64,000 bases of DNA, taken from Deltaproteobacteria bacterium. GTDB taxonomy: Bacteria > Myxococcota_A > UBA9160 > UBA6930. The position numbers and the translations under genes are program-made. Position 1 is the first letter of the stretch. Each line of letters starts with the position of its first letter. Location: NCBI GenBank assembly GCA_019312665.1, contig JAFDCZ010000001.1, forward strand, positions 40,098 to 104,097, in the 5' to 3' direction. The notes under the pieces are model-generated. The model saw only the letters and a list, made by a program, of their open reading frames with translations, had not been told where the DNA came from and ran no database searches. Shown piece after piece: positions 43,813-52,481 of the stretch.

Positions 43813-46239
43813 TCATTCGCCCGCAGCCGGTTGCTGCGCGGCGCGGATCAGCGTCCACAGCCGGTTCGGGCTCGCCGGAACCTCGGTCGCCCGCGCGCCC
43901 ATGGGTGCCAGGGCATCGTTGATGGCGGAGAGGATGGCGGCGGGCGTCGTATGCATCGCGCCCTCGCCGCAACCCTTGGCGCCGAGCGGCGTGAAGGGCG
44001 AAGGCGTCACGACGATTCCCTTCTTCGTGGCCGGCACCTCGTAAACGGTCGGGAGCAGGTAGTCCATGAAGCTCGAGGTGAGGATCTGCCCCTGCTCGTC
44101 GTAGACATACTCTTCGAGGAGCGCTGCACCTACGCCCTGGGCGATGCTGCCCTCGGTCTGCCCCTCCACCGTGGCGGGATTGAGGCGAGTGCCGCAATCG
44201 TCGACGACGCAGTACTCGAGGATCTCTACGAGCCCCGTCTCGGGATCCACCTCCAGCATCACGACGTGCACCGCCTGGGCGGCTGTGAGGTAGCTCTTCG
44301 CCCTGCCCTCCTCGTCGACCTCCGTGCGACCGGGCGCCGTCCAGACGTGGGTCGCTTCGGGGCGCGGGTCCACGTCGGGAGGCAGAAGATCGCTCCGCGC
44401 CAGCATGGTGCCCACGACCTGGGCCATCGGCATCTCGACGCCGGCCACCCCCTTGGCCACGAGCTTCCCGTCCACCAGGTCCACCTGCTCCGGATCCATC
44501 TGGAAGAGCCCGGCCGCCACCTTGGCGAGCTTCAGCCTGAGCTTCCCGCAGGCGCCGAGCACGGCGCCGGTGAGCGCCACGCCCAGACGGCTCCCACCCG
44601 GGCCGAACGCCGGGGGCGCCGAATGCGTGTCCAGGCAGACGACCGTGATGTCCTCGAACCCCACGTTGAAGTAGTCCGCCACGAGTTGGGTCGCCAGGGT
44701 GTACTGGCCCTGCCCCTCCAGGGCAAAGCCGACCCGCACGCTGATCTTCCCCATGATGTCGATGCTGACGGTCGCGCCCTCCGGCACGCCTGTCCCCTGC
44801 ACGCCCACGATCGCGTAGGCGTTCCAGTCGAAGACGCCGGGCTCGATGGCGCTCACGACGCTGATGCCGACGCAACGACCCTCTGCCCGGGCCTGATCCC
44901 GCCGTTCGCGGAGCTTCCCGTAGTCCGCGAGCGCGAGCGCCTTGTCGAGCACGGCCTCGTAGTCGCCGCTGTCGTACTCGTTGCCGCTAGCAATCGTGTA
45001 GGGGAAGGAATCCTTCGGGATGAAGTTCGTGCGCCGGAACTCCGCAGGGTCGATGTCGAGATCGCGTGCAGCGATGTCCATCATCTGTTCCAGCACGCAG
45101 TTATGCGGCGGCGGCCCCATTCCACGGTACGGACTCTGGGGCAGCTTGTTGGTAGCGACGATCGTCAGGTCGTAGCGCGCAACCGGGATGGCATAGGGCC
45201 CGGTGAACGAGGCCAGCGGCTTCGCCGTACTGATGGCACCGAAGCCCTCACCCGTGGCCCCCATGTCGTCGAGCAGCTTGACGTCGAGGCCCGTGACGCG
45301 GCCGTCGTTCTTCACGGCAAGGGAAACCTCGTAGTGGCGATCCCAGGCCTGGCCTCCACCGCCCGTCAAATACTCCGCGCGATCTTCGATCCACTTCACC
45401 GGCCGACCGCCGGCCTTGCGGGTCAGGAGCGCCGTGACATCGGTACCTCGCGTGCCGCCTTTGCCGCCGAAACTCCCGCCGTGGGGATGGGCGATCACGC
45501 GCACCTTGTTGGACGGAAGTCCCAGAACGGCGGCCCGGCCCAGCCCGAAGTGGGTGGCGGATTGGACACTCGCCCGGAGCGTGAGGCTCTCGTCCACCGG
45601 GTCCCATTGGGCGATCACTCCGAACGTCTCGAGAGGATTGGCGCCCAGGCGATGCCAGCGGAACTTCTCGGTGAAGACACGATCTGCGTCGCCGAACGCC
45701 CCGTCGACATTGCCCCAGGTGAAGACCCGTTGGAGCATGACGTTGGTGCCCTTCTCCTCGATCACCAGGGGACTGCCCGGCTCCATCGCCTTCACGGGGT
45801 CGACCACGGCCTCGAGGGACTCATAGTCGACGGCGATCAGCTCGATGGCATCTTCGGCGACGTAGCGGTTCACCGCGGCCACCGCCGCCACGGGCTCGCC
45901 CACGTAGCGCACCTTGTCCCCCGCGAGGCAATGGGTGCCCCATTCCTCGGGCACCGTAGGTTCCGGATGGCTCCACCGGCGGGCGTCGTCGGAGGTCACC
46001 ACCGCGATCACGCCGGGCAGCTTCTCGGCCTCGTTGATATCGATCGAGACGATTCGCGCGTGGGCGACGGGACTGCGCAGGATGGCTGCATGCAGCATTC
46101 CCGGCAGGACCACGTTGTCGATGAACTCCGTGCGCCCGGTGACGAGATGCGGGTCCTCCACGCGCGGGACGCCACGGCCCACCCAGCGCGGCGCGCTGTT
46201 GGGAAAATCTTCCAGGGTTTTGGGGATCTGGACGGACAT
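43813..46239 (-). CDS. Xanthine-dehydrogenase/CoxL-family molybdopterin-binding large subunit (not a CO-dehydrogenase type)
   Basis: ATG 46239 lies 5 nt after GGAG (MSVQIPKTLEDF); the alternative start ATG 46263 lies directly after the S-subunit TAG. WVGRGVPRVEDPHLVTGRTEFIDN, HPHGGSFGGKG, QSPYRGMGPPPHN, VDDCGTRLNPATVEGQTEGSIAQG and LGAKGCGEGA. Confidence 0.9.
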   Translation of the reverse strand: MSVQIPKTLEDFPNSAPRWVGRGVPRVEDPHLVTGRTEFIDNVVLPGMLHAAILRSPVAHARIVSIDINEAEKLPGVIAVVTSDDARRWSHPEPTVPEEWGTHCLAGDKVRYVGEPVAAVAAVNRYVAEDAIELIAVDYESLEAVVDPVKAMEPGSPLVIEEKGTNVMLQRVFTWGNVDGAFGDADRVFTEKFRWHRLGANPLETFGVIAQWDPVDESLTLRASVQSATHFGLGRAAVLGLPSNKVRVIAHPHGGSFGGKGGTRGTDVTALLTRKAGGRPVKWIEDRAEYLTGGGGQAWDRHYEVSLAVKNDGRVTGLDVKLLDDMGATGEGFGAISTAKPLASFTGPYAIPVARYDLTIVATNKLPQSPYRGMGPPPHNCVLEQMMDIAARDLDIDPAEFRRTNFIPKDSFPYTIASGNEYDSGDYEAVLDKALALADYGKLRERRDQARAEGRCVGISVVSAIEPGVFDWNAYAIVGVQGTGVPEGATVSIDIMGKISVRVGFALEGQGQYTLATQLVADYFNVGFEDITVVCLDTHSAPPAFGPGGSRLGVALTGAVLGACGKLRLKLAKVAAGLFQMDPEQVDLVDGKLVAKGVAGVEMPMAQVVGTMLARSDLLPPDVDPRPEATHVWTAPGRTEVDEEGRAKSYLTAAQAVHVVMLEVDPETGLVEILEYCVVDDCGTRLNPATVEGQTEGSIAQGVGAALLEEYVYDEQGQILTSSFMDYLLPTVYEVPATKKGIVVTPSPFTPLGAKGCGEGAMHTTPAAILSAINDALAPMGARATEVPASPNRLWTLIRAAQQPAAGE

Positions 46240-46263
46240 ACGGTCTCCGGGGTCGGAAGGCAT

Positions 46264-46770
46264 CTAGGAGTGCTGGGTGGAGCCAGCGACGTGCGCATTC
46301 CGGAGCTTGGCCGCCGCCAACCTCACCGAACGCAGAATCGACTGGTAGCCGGTGCAGCGGCAGATCTGCCCTCCGAGCGCCTCTCGGATCTCGTCCTCGC
46401 TCGGATCCGGGTTCTCGTAGAGCAGTTCGTGGACAGTCATCAGGAAGCCGGGCGTGCAGAATCCGCACTGAAGGCCGTGCTCTTCCACGAAGGCCTGCTG
46501 GATCGGGTGGAGCTTTCCGTCCTCCTCCAGTCCTTCCACCGTGGTCAGGCTTGCCCCGTCCACCTGCACCGCCAGCGTCAGGCAGGAGCGCACAGCTCGG
46601 CCCTCCAGCAGCACCGTGCAGGCCCCGCACACACCGTGTTCGCATCCCACATGGGTTCCAGTGAGCGCGAGCTCGCCGCGCAGGAAGTCCGCCAGGGTCG
46701 TGCGCGGCTCGACGTGCGCTTCGTGCATCGTGCCGTTGATCATCACGCTGATCTTCTGCTGTGCTGTCAT
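46264..46770 (-). CDS. Xanthine-dehydrogenase-family [2Fe-2S] small subunit
   Basis: Trimmed to ATG 46770, which overlaps the M-subunit stop as ATGA. GCEHGVCGACTV (plant-type 2Fe-2S) and QCGFCTPGFLM ... CRCTGY (second 2Fe-2S). Confidence 0.9.
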   Translation of the reverse strand: MTAQQKISVMINGTMHEAHVEPRTTLADFLRGELALTGTHVGCEHGVCGACTVLLEGRAVRSCLTLAVQVDGASLTTVEGLEEDGKLHPIQQAFVEEHGLQCGFCTPGFLMTVHELLYENPDPSEDEIREALGGQICRCTGYQSILRSVRLAAAKLRNAHVAGSTQHS

Positions 46771-47669
46771 CGGCGTTCCTCCTGGCCCGGCTCGCGGCCG
46801 CCGGCCCTCGCGACCGCTTCGCCGAGGGCTCGGATGGTCAGGACCCCTGCCAGATTGCGGCGGTATTCCGCCGAGGCGTGGACGTCCGACAGGGGCTCTT
46901 CGAGGCCCTCGCTGGCCGTCGCGCCAGCCTCCCGGAAGAGCGCGTCGCCCGGACGCTGTCCGACGAGCCGTTCTTCGACCCCGCCGAGGCGAACCGCTGC
47001 CCCGCTGACCCCGAACAAAACGATCCGTACCTCGGAGAAGCTCCCGCTCGCGTCGAGTCGGACGGTCGCCGCCGCGCCACCCAGAGCGAAATCCCCGTGT
47101 CGGCGCGCAACCTCCACGAAGGACCATCCCGTGCCCGGGGCGAGTATCGGAACCCGCACCTCGGTCAGGATTTCCACGGGTTCCATGGCCGTCATCAGAT
47201 AACCCTTGAAGAATTCGTCTGCGGCGATACTGCGCTCACCGCCGGGACCGACCACACGCAGCTCCGCGCCAAGCACGAGGGCCAGCGCCGGGTATTCCGC
47301 AGCCGGATCGGCATGCGCCATCGAGCCACCCACCGTGCCCCGGTTGCGGATTTGCGGGTGACCCACCAGCCGGGTCGCGGCGAGGAGAGCGGGCTGACGC
47401 CGGCGCACCAGGTCCGACTCCTCCACCGCTCGCTTGCGGGTCATCGCACCGATGGCGAGCCATTCGCCGTCCTCGCGGATGTACTGCAGCTCTGCGATCC
47501 GGTTGAGGTCGACCAGCAGCTCGGGGCGCGCCATTCGCATGTTCAGCAGCGGAACCAGGCTCTGGCCGCCCGCAAGGATCATGACGTCGTCGTCCGCGTG
47601 GCGCTCGAGCAGGGAGACGGCCTCGCCGAGCGTGTCGGGAGCCGCGTAATCGAAGCGAGCGGGCTTCAT
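46767..47669 (-). CDS. Xanthine-dehydrogenase-family FAD-binding medium subunit (CoxM-like)
   Basis: Trimmed to ATG 47669. MKPARFDYAAPDTLGEAVSLLERHADDDVMILAGGQSLVPLLNMRMARPELLVDL, IRNRGTVGGSMAHADPAAE and SAEYRRNL. No cysteine-rich insertion. Confidence 0.9.
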   Translation of the reverse strand: MKPARFDYAAPDTLGEAVSLLERHADDDVMILAGGQSLVPLLNMRMARPELLVDLNRIAELQYIREDGEWLAIGAMTRKRAVEESDLVRRRQPALLAATRLVGHPQIRNRGTVGGSMAHADPAAEYPALALVLGAELRVVGPGGERSIAADEFFKGYLMTAMEPVEILTEVRVPILAPGTGWSFVEVARRHGDFALGGAAATVRLDASGSFSEVRIVLFGVSGAAVRLGGVEERLVGQRPGDALFREAGATASEGLEEPLSDVHASAEYRRNLAGVLTIRALGEAVARAGGREPGQEERR

Positions 47670-47788
47670 GCAAACGCCTCCGCCGCGACGGGAGCAGGGC
47701 TCGCGGGCCCCCTCTCTGGCCGTAGCGTATGATGGTCCCCCCGGAGCTGGCAGCAATCGCGAGCACGGATCGAGGAGAACGATTCCAC

Positions 47789-48670
47789 ATGAGTTGGAGC
47801 GACTGGCAGGAGGCCGCGGGCGACGGACTCGACTTCGAGGAGATCCTCTACGAGAAGAAGTGGCACGGGGAGCTGGAAGGAGGCGTGGCTCGGGTCACCA
47901 TCAACAAGCCCGAGAAGTACAACGTCATGACCCTCGCCACGGTCGACGAGATGTTCCGCGCCTTCTACGACGCCAACCATGACACGTCGATCGGCGTGAT
48001 CGTGATCGCCGGCAAGGGGAAGCACTTCGGAGTCGGCGGAGACGTCGAATGGGAAAAGTGGGGCCTGCGGGAAGCCTTCTACAACCGGTATCCCCACAAC
48101 CGCCTGATCCGGCTCTCTCGAAAGCCGATCCTCGCCGCCGTACAGGGCTACTGCCTGGGCGGGCATAACCACATGGCCTACTGCTGCGACTTCACCATCG
48201 CCGCAGACAACGCGAAGTTCGGCCAGGCGGGCCCCAAAGTGTCGAGCCCCGCGGACGGGTTCTTCGTGCCGTATCTCACCAAGGTGGTCGGAGCCAAACG
48301 GGCACGCGAGATGTGGATGCTCTGCCGGCGCTATCCCGCTGAGCAGGCCCTGGAAATGGGACTCGTCAACAAGGTCGTTCCTCTCGAAGCCATGGAGGAG
48401 GAGATCGACGGGTGGTGCGAGGAACTCCTGGCCGTGAGTCCGGGCTGCCTCGAAATCCTCAAGGCAAGCTTCGACCAGGAGATGGACGGGTACGCCGAGA
48501 TGGGTGTCATCTCCAGCCAGTTCTACCCCGATTGGTTCGACATGCCGGAAGGGAAGGAGGGTGGAGCCTCCTTCACCGAGAAGCGCCCTCCCCGCTTCTG
48601 GAGCCTTCGCGAGAACGAACGCCAAGCGCGTCAACAGCTCATCGATGATTACGAGGGAGATGACGACTAG
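47789..48670 (+). CDS. MenB/BadI-subfamily crotonase (1,4-dihydroxy-2-naphthoyl-CoA synthase / 2-ketocyclohexanecarboxyl-CoA hydrolase-like)
   Basis: Trimmed to ATG 47789. FEEILYEKKWHGELEGGVARVTINKPEKYNVMT, GHNHMAYCCDFTIAADNAKFGQAGPKVSSPADGFFVPYLTKVVGAKRAREMWMLCRRYPAEQALEMGLVNKVVPLE and EGGASFTEKRPPRFW track the MenB pattern as I recall it. Confidence 0.8.
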   Translation: MSWSDWQEAAGDGLDFEEILYEKKWHGELEGGVARVTINKPEKYNVMTLATVDEMFRAFYDANHDTSIGVIVIAGKGKHFGVGGDVEWEKWGLREAFYNRYPHNRLIRLSRKPILAAVQGYCLGGHNHMAYCCDFTIAADNAKFGQAGPKVSSPADGFFVPYLTKVVGAKRAREMWMLCRRYPAEQALEMGLVNKVVPLEAMEEEIDGWCEELLAVSPGCLEILKASFDQEMDGYAEMGVISSQFYPDWFDMPEGKEGGASFTEKRPPRFWSLRENERQARQQLIDDYEGDDD

Positions 48671-48708
48671 TCGGAAGGCGGCTGCCTGATTGCGAGGGTG
48701 GGAATGCC

Positions 48709-49926
48709 TCAACGTCTTCGCGCCTCCTCGATCTCCGCATGCGTCGCGACCACATCGTTCGAGACGAGATCCGCGATCTCGCCCGAGGCGTAGCCCAGCT
48801 CGCGCAACAGCTCCTCGCTGTGCTCGCCCAGAAGCGGCGGCGGCTGCTGCACCTCACAGGGCGTACCATGGAAGTGGATCGGTACTCCGGTGACGTCCAT
48901 GGGCCCGAGTTTGGGATGGTGCACGCTGACGATCATCCGGTTGTGCCGGACCTGCGGGTCCTCCGCGACCTCGACGGCCCCGTTGACCGGCGCGAAAAGC
49001 ACGTCCGCAGCAACCGACCGCTTCTGCAGTTCGTCAACCGTGAAGTCTTTGCAGCGCTCGTCGATCAGGCGATCCAGCTCGTCCTCGTTGGCGAGGCGGC
49101 GATCGATGCTCTCGAAGCGCACGTCATCCGCCCACTCGACGTCCAGGGCCGTGCAGAGGTTGCGGAAGAACTTCTCCGAGGGACAGGTGATGACCGCCTT
49201 TCGATCATCACCGCAGGTGTAGATACCCGAAGGCGCGAAGTAGAGGCTGCGGTTTCCGGTTCGTGGAGTCGGTTCCCGGGCAATGAGATAGGTGCCCAGA
49301 GAGCTGGCCTGGGCATGGAGCAGAGCGTCGAGCAGCGAGATGTCGATGCGCTGCCCCTCGCCGGTTTCGTCCCGCGTCCGGAGCGCCGCGAGCGCGGCCG
49401 TGCTCACGAGCAGAGAGGTCATCACGTCGATCATCGGAACGGTGACCCGCACCGGCTCTCCCGAGGGCTCTCCGTTCAGCGCCAGCAACCCGCCAAAGCC
49501 CTGGGCCAGGAAGTCGATCCCAGGCCGGCCCGCGTAGGGTCCGTCGGCGCCGAAGGCCGTGATGCCGATCCAGATGATGTCCGGGCGGTGCTTCCGCACG
49601 TGCTCGTAATCGAGACCCAGCCTGGAGAGCGCCGGCTCCCGGATGTTCGTGATCAGGACGTCCGCCGTCGCGGCCAGGCGCGCGAAGACCTCTCGGCCTG
49701 CATCGGTCTTCAACTCCAGGACCATCGCCCGCTTGCTTCGGTTGAGGCTGAGGAAGGGCGAACGCTCTCCGTCGCGCTCGGGCCCCATGTGGCGACTGTC
49801 GTCGCCCCGGTGGGATTCCACCTTGATCACGTCCGCACCGAGATCCCCCATCAGCGTCGCCCCGTAGGGGCCCGCCAGCATGGTGGCCATGTCGAGCACG
49901 CGGATTCCCGCGAGCGGACCCGTCAT
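48709..49926 (-). CDS. Family III CoA-transferase (third of three in a row)
   Basis: Trimmed to ATG 49926 ([45 protein letters not shown]). Active-site region [14 protein letters not shown]. Confidence 0.9.
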   Translation of the reverse strand: [405 protein letters not shown]

Positions 49927-49934
49927 CGTGTCGT

Positions 49935-51146
49935 TCACGGGATGACACCCCGCTCCTTGAGCTCGCTGATGCGATCCCATTCCATCTCGAGCAGATTCAT
50001 GAGGAGAAGCTCGGTGTCCTGGCCGAGCTCGGGGCCGAGACTCTCGACCCGCCCGGGCGTCTTGCTCAGGGTGATGGGCAGGCCGCGGATATCCACTTCA
50101 CGATTCACCTCCCCGCAATGCACCTCGAGCAGGTAGTCGTTCTCCCAGGCCTGAGCATCCCCGGAGACGTCCTTCAGGTTCTGGATCGGAGCGGCGGGGA
50201 GGCCTAACGACCTGCAGCGATCGATCCACTCCTGGGAGTTCTGCTCCTGCAGAACGCTGTCGAGGAGCGCAACGAGTTCGGCATTGTGCTCCCCCCGCTT
50301 CCTCGCGCTTTCGAACCTCGCATCGCTAGCCAGCTCCGGCCGCTCGAGGCTCTCGCACAGCGCGGCCCAGTTCTCGTCGGTATCTTCGAGGCAGAGGAAG
50401 ATCCACTTGTCCTTCACCTGGTAACGGTTCCACAGCGGGTTGCCTGCCTGCTTCCTCGACTGCTGGGTCGAATAGAGCGACTTCCCCGAAGCCAGGAAGG
50501 GCTGGAGTGTCGGGGCGGCCATGAAGAGCTGTGCGCCGTAGAGAGAGGCATCCAGGGATTGGCCGCGTCCCGTCCGCCGGCGCTCATGGAGCGCCAGCAT
50601 GATTCCCAGGGCCGACATGAGGCCCCCGTAGGTATCGCCGGAGCCCATGCCGAGATAGATGGGAGGCTCTCCCGGCTCGCCTTGCCGGCTCATCAGACCG
50701 GTCAACGCCTGCACGTTGATGTCGTAGGACGGCCGGTTGATCTCGCGAGCATGGCCGTAACCACTGTTGGTGGCATAGATGAGGCGTGGGTTGATCTCGC
50801 GAAGTTTCTCCCAGGTGAGTCCCCAAACCCTCAGATTCTCGCGCTGGAAGTTCGACAGGAAGACATCGGACTTCCGAACCAGCTCATAGAAGAGTTCCTG
50901 CCCCTCCGGCTTCTTGAGGTCGACCGCCAGGCTCTTCTTGTTGCGATTGATCACCAGGAAGTACTGGTTCCAATCACCGATGGCCAAGGCCTTGATGCTG
51001 CGCACACCGCGCGCGCCGTCGCCGCCCCCGGGACGCTCGACGTGGATGACCTCGGCGCCGAAGTCCGCGAGGTATTGCGCGCAGACCGGTCCCTGCAGCC
51101 ACTGCGTCAGGTCGAGAACGCGGATGCCTTCGAGTGCCTGCTTCAT
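49935..51146 (-). CDS. Family III CoA-transferase (second of three)
   Basis: The 620-aa track ORF was trimmed to ATG 51146, which overlaps the upstream stop as ATGA. [46 protein letters not shown] and [13 protein letters not shown]. Confidence 0.9.
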   Translation of the reverse strand: [403 protein letters not shown]

Positions 51147-52363
51147 GCCCCAGGCTCCGCGCCCAGGATTCCATCGGCTTCGAGTTCCTGGATCCGGGAT
51201 TCCGCGTAGCCCAGCCGTTCGCGCAGGATCTCGGCCGTATGCTGCCCCACGCAGGGAGCCGTCCGACGAAGACGCGCCGGACTCTCGCTCATGTGGATCG
51301 GGAAGCCCAGGCTCTGGATCGGGCCGTGGGTCGGATGCTCGAGGTTCAGGATGTAGCGATTGGCTTCGGCGTTGGAATCCGAGGCCGGGTACTCGTACTT
51401 CTCGATGACGTCGGCGGGAAGCTGTTTCGCGTCGAGTTCCTGTTTCCAATGGGAGCCCGGCCTGGTCCGGAAGCGCTCGTCGAGGACTTGCATCATCTCG
51501 AGACGATGCTCTCCGCAGCGCTTCTCGTGGCTGTCGAAGCGGGGATCGGCGACGTCGAGGCCTACGATCTCGGCGAAGGCCGGCCAGTACTTGTCCGTAT
51601 CCGGCATCGCCAGGGTGACCCATCGGTCGTCGGAGCTGGGATACATCGGGCCACTCATGGGATTGCCGGAATCGAGACGTGAGAGCGGCTCGAGGAAGCG
51701 ATCGTCCCGGATCGCAAGATAGGCCTGCATGTCGAGGCTCTGGGAATACATGTTCCCGCCGAAGAGGGACGCGTCCACCACCTGCCCCTCCCCACATTCT
51801 TCGCGATGGTGGAGGGCAAGCATCGTGCCGAGGGCGAGCATCACCGCCGTGTGCATCTGGCCGACGCCGGTGTAGACAGGCGGCTGGCCCGGCTGGGGCA
51901 GGGTCGGCATCACGCCGGTACGCGCCGCTGCCAGCTCATCGTAGGCGGGCAAGTCGCGATCCGGCCCCTTCGGGCCGAAACCGCTACCGCGGGTGAAGAT
52001 GATGTCCGGCTTGAGGGCGCACAGACTCTCGTAGTCGCAGCCCTTCTCATCCAGGGTCGCCGACGGCACATCTGTCAGGAAGACATCCGCCCCCGCAACC
52101 AGCTTCTCCAGGATCTCGCGGCCAGCAGGCTCAACGAGGTCCACGGCGAGGCTCTGCTTGTTGCGGTGAGCGAGCTCGTCGAGGGAGTTCCATCGCTCGG
52201 GTGGATGCATGCCGTCGCGGCCGTGATCGACCGTTCGAGCGTCGGAGAGATCTACGACCCGGATCACGGTCGCGCCGTAATCACCCAACAGCGCTCCGGC
52301 CAACGAGGCGTAGAACTCGCGGGTCATGTCGAGGACGACGACATCCTGAAGCGCCCCAGTCAT
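51143..52363 (-). CDS. Family III CoA-transferase (first of three)
   Basis: 406 aa. LQDVVVLDMTREFYASLAGALLGDYGATVIRVVDL and DLPAYDELAAARTG. Confidence 0.85.
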   Translation of the reverse strand: MTGALQDVVVLDMTREFYASLAGALLGDYGATVIRVVDLSDARTVDHGRDGMHPPERWNSLDELAHRNKQSLAVDLVEPAGREILEKLVAGADVFLTDVPSATLDEKGCDYESLCALKPDIIFTRGSGFGPKGPDRDLPAYDELAAARTGVMPTLPQPGQPPVYTGVGQMHTAVMLALGTMLALHHREECGEGQVVDASLFGGNMYSQSLDMQAYLAIRDDRFLEPLSRLDSGNPMSGPMYPSSDDRWVTLAMPDTDKYWPAFAEIVGLDVADPRFDSHEKRCGEHRLEMMQVLDERFRTRPGSHWKQELDAKQLPADVIEKYEYPASDSNAEANRYILNLEHPTHGPIQSLGFPIHMSESPARLRRTAPCVGQHTAEILRERLGYAESRIQELEADGILGAEPGA

Positions 52364-52481
52364 GCCAACCTCCGCACCACTTCGCGCTCTCGCCCAACGT
52401 CAACTCCCGGAACTCCGCCCCGTCCGACAGGGGCCGCCCCCTCACAAACAACCCGGTAGCGGGGCATCGCTCGTCCCTCTC

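Noticed and set aside
43750-47202. Very long plus-strand ORF of 1150 aa. Similar long ORFs occur at 37855-40395 (+), 2389-4068 (+), 28190-29953 (+), 14130-15674 (-), 7805-9097 (-), 11651-12661 (-), 25648-26826 (-) and 53622-54926 (-).
   Set aside because: Their translations are Arg/Gly/His/Pro/Asp-rich low-information sequence without any recognisable motif. Each lies exactly antisense to a CDS with strong family signatures. They are stop-codon-poor shadow frames, as expected in GC-rich DNA.
43813-47669. Aerobic carbon monoxide dehydrogenase (CoxMSL), with CoxG at 52482-53063.
   Set aside because: The large subunit has QSPYRGMGPPPHN where form I CODH carries the AYRCSFR active-site loop. No coxD/E/F accessory genes are nearby. 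The trimer is embedded in a CoA-thioester operon.
43813-47669. 4-Hydroxybenzoyl-CoA reductase (HcrABC).
   Set aside because: The medium subunit shows no cysteine-rich [4Fe-4S] insertion; I saw essentially no Cys in it. No benzoyl-CoA reductase or benzoate-pathway genes are present. This cannot be fully excluded without a phylogeny.
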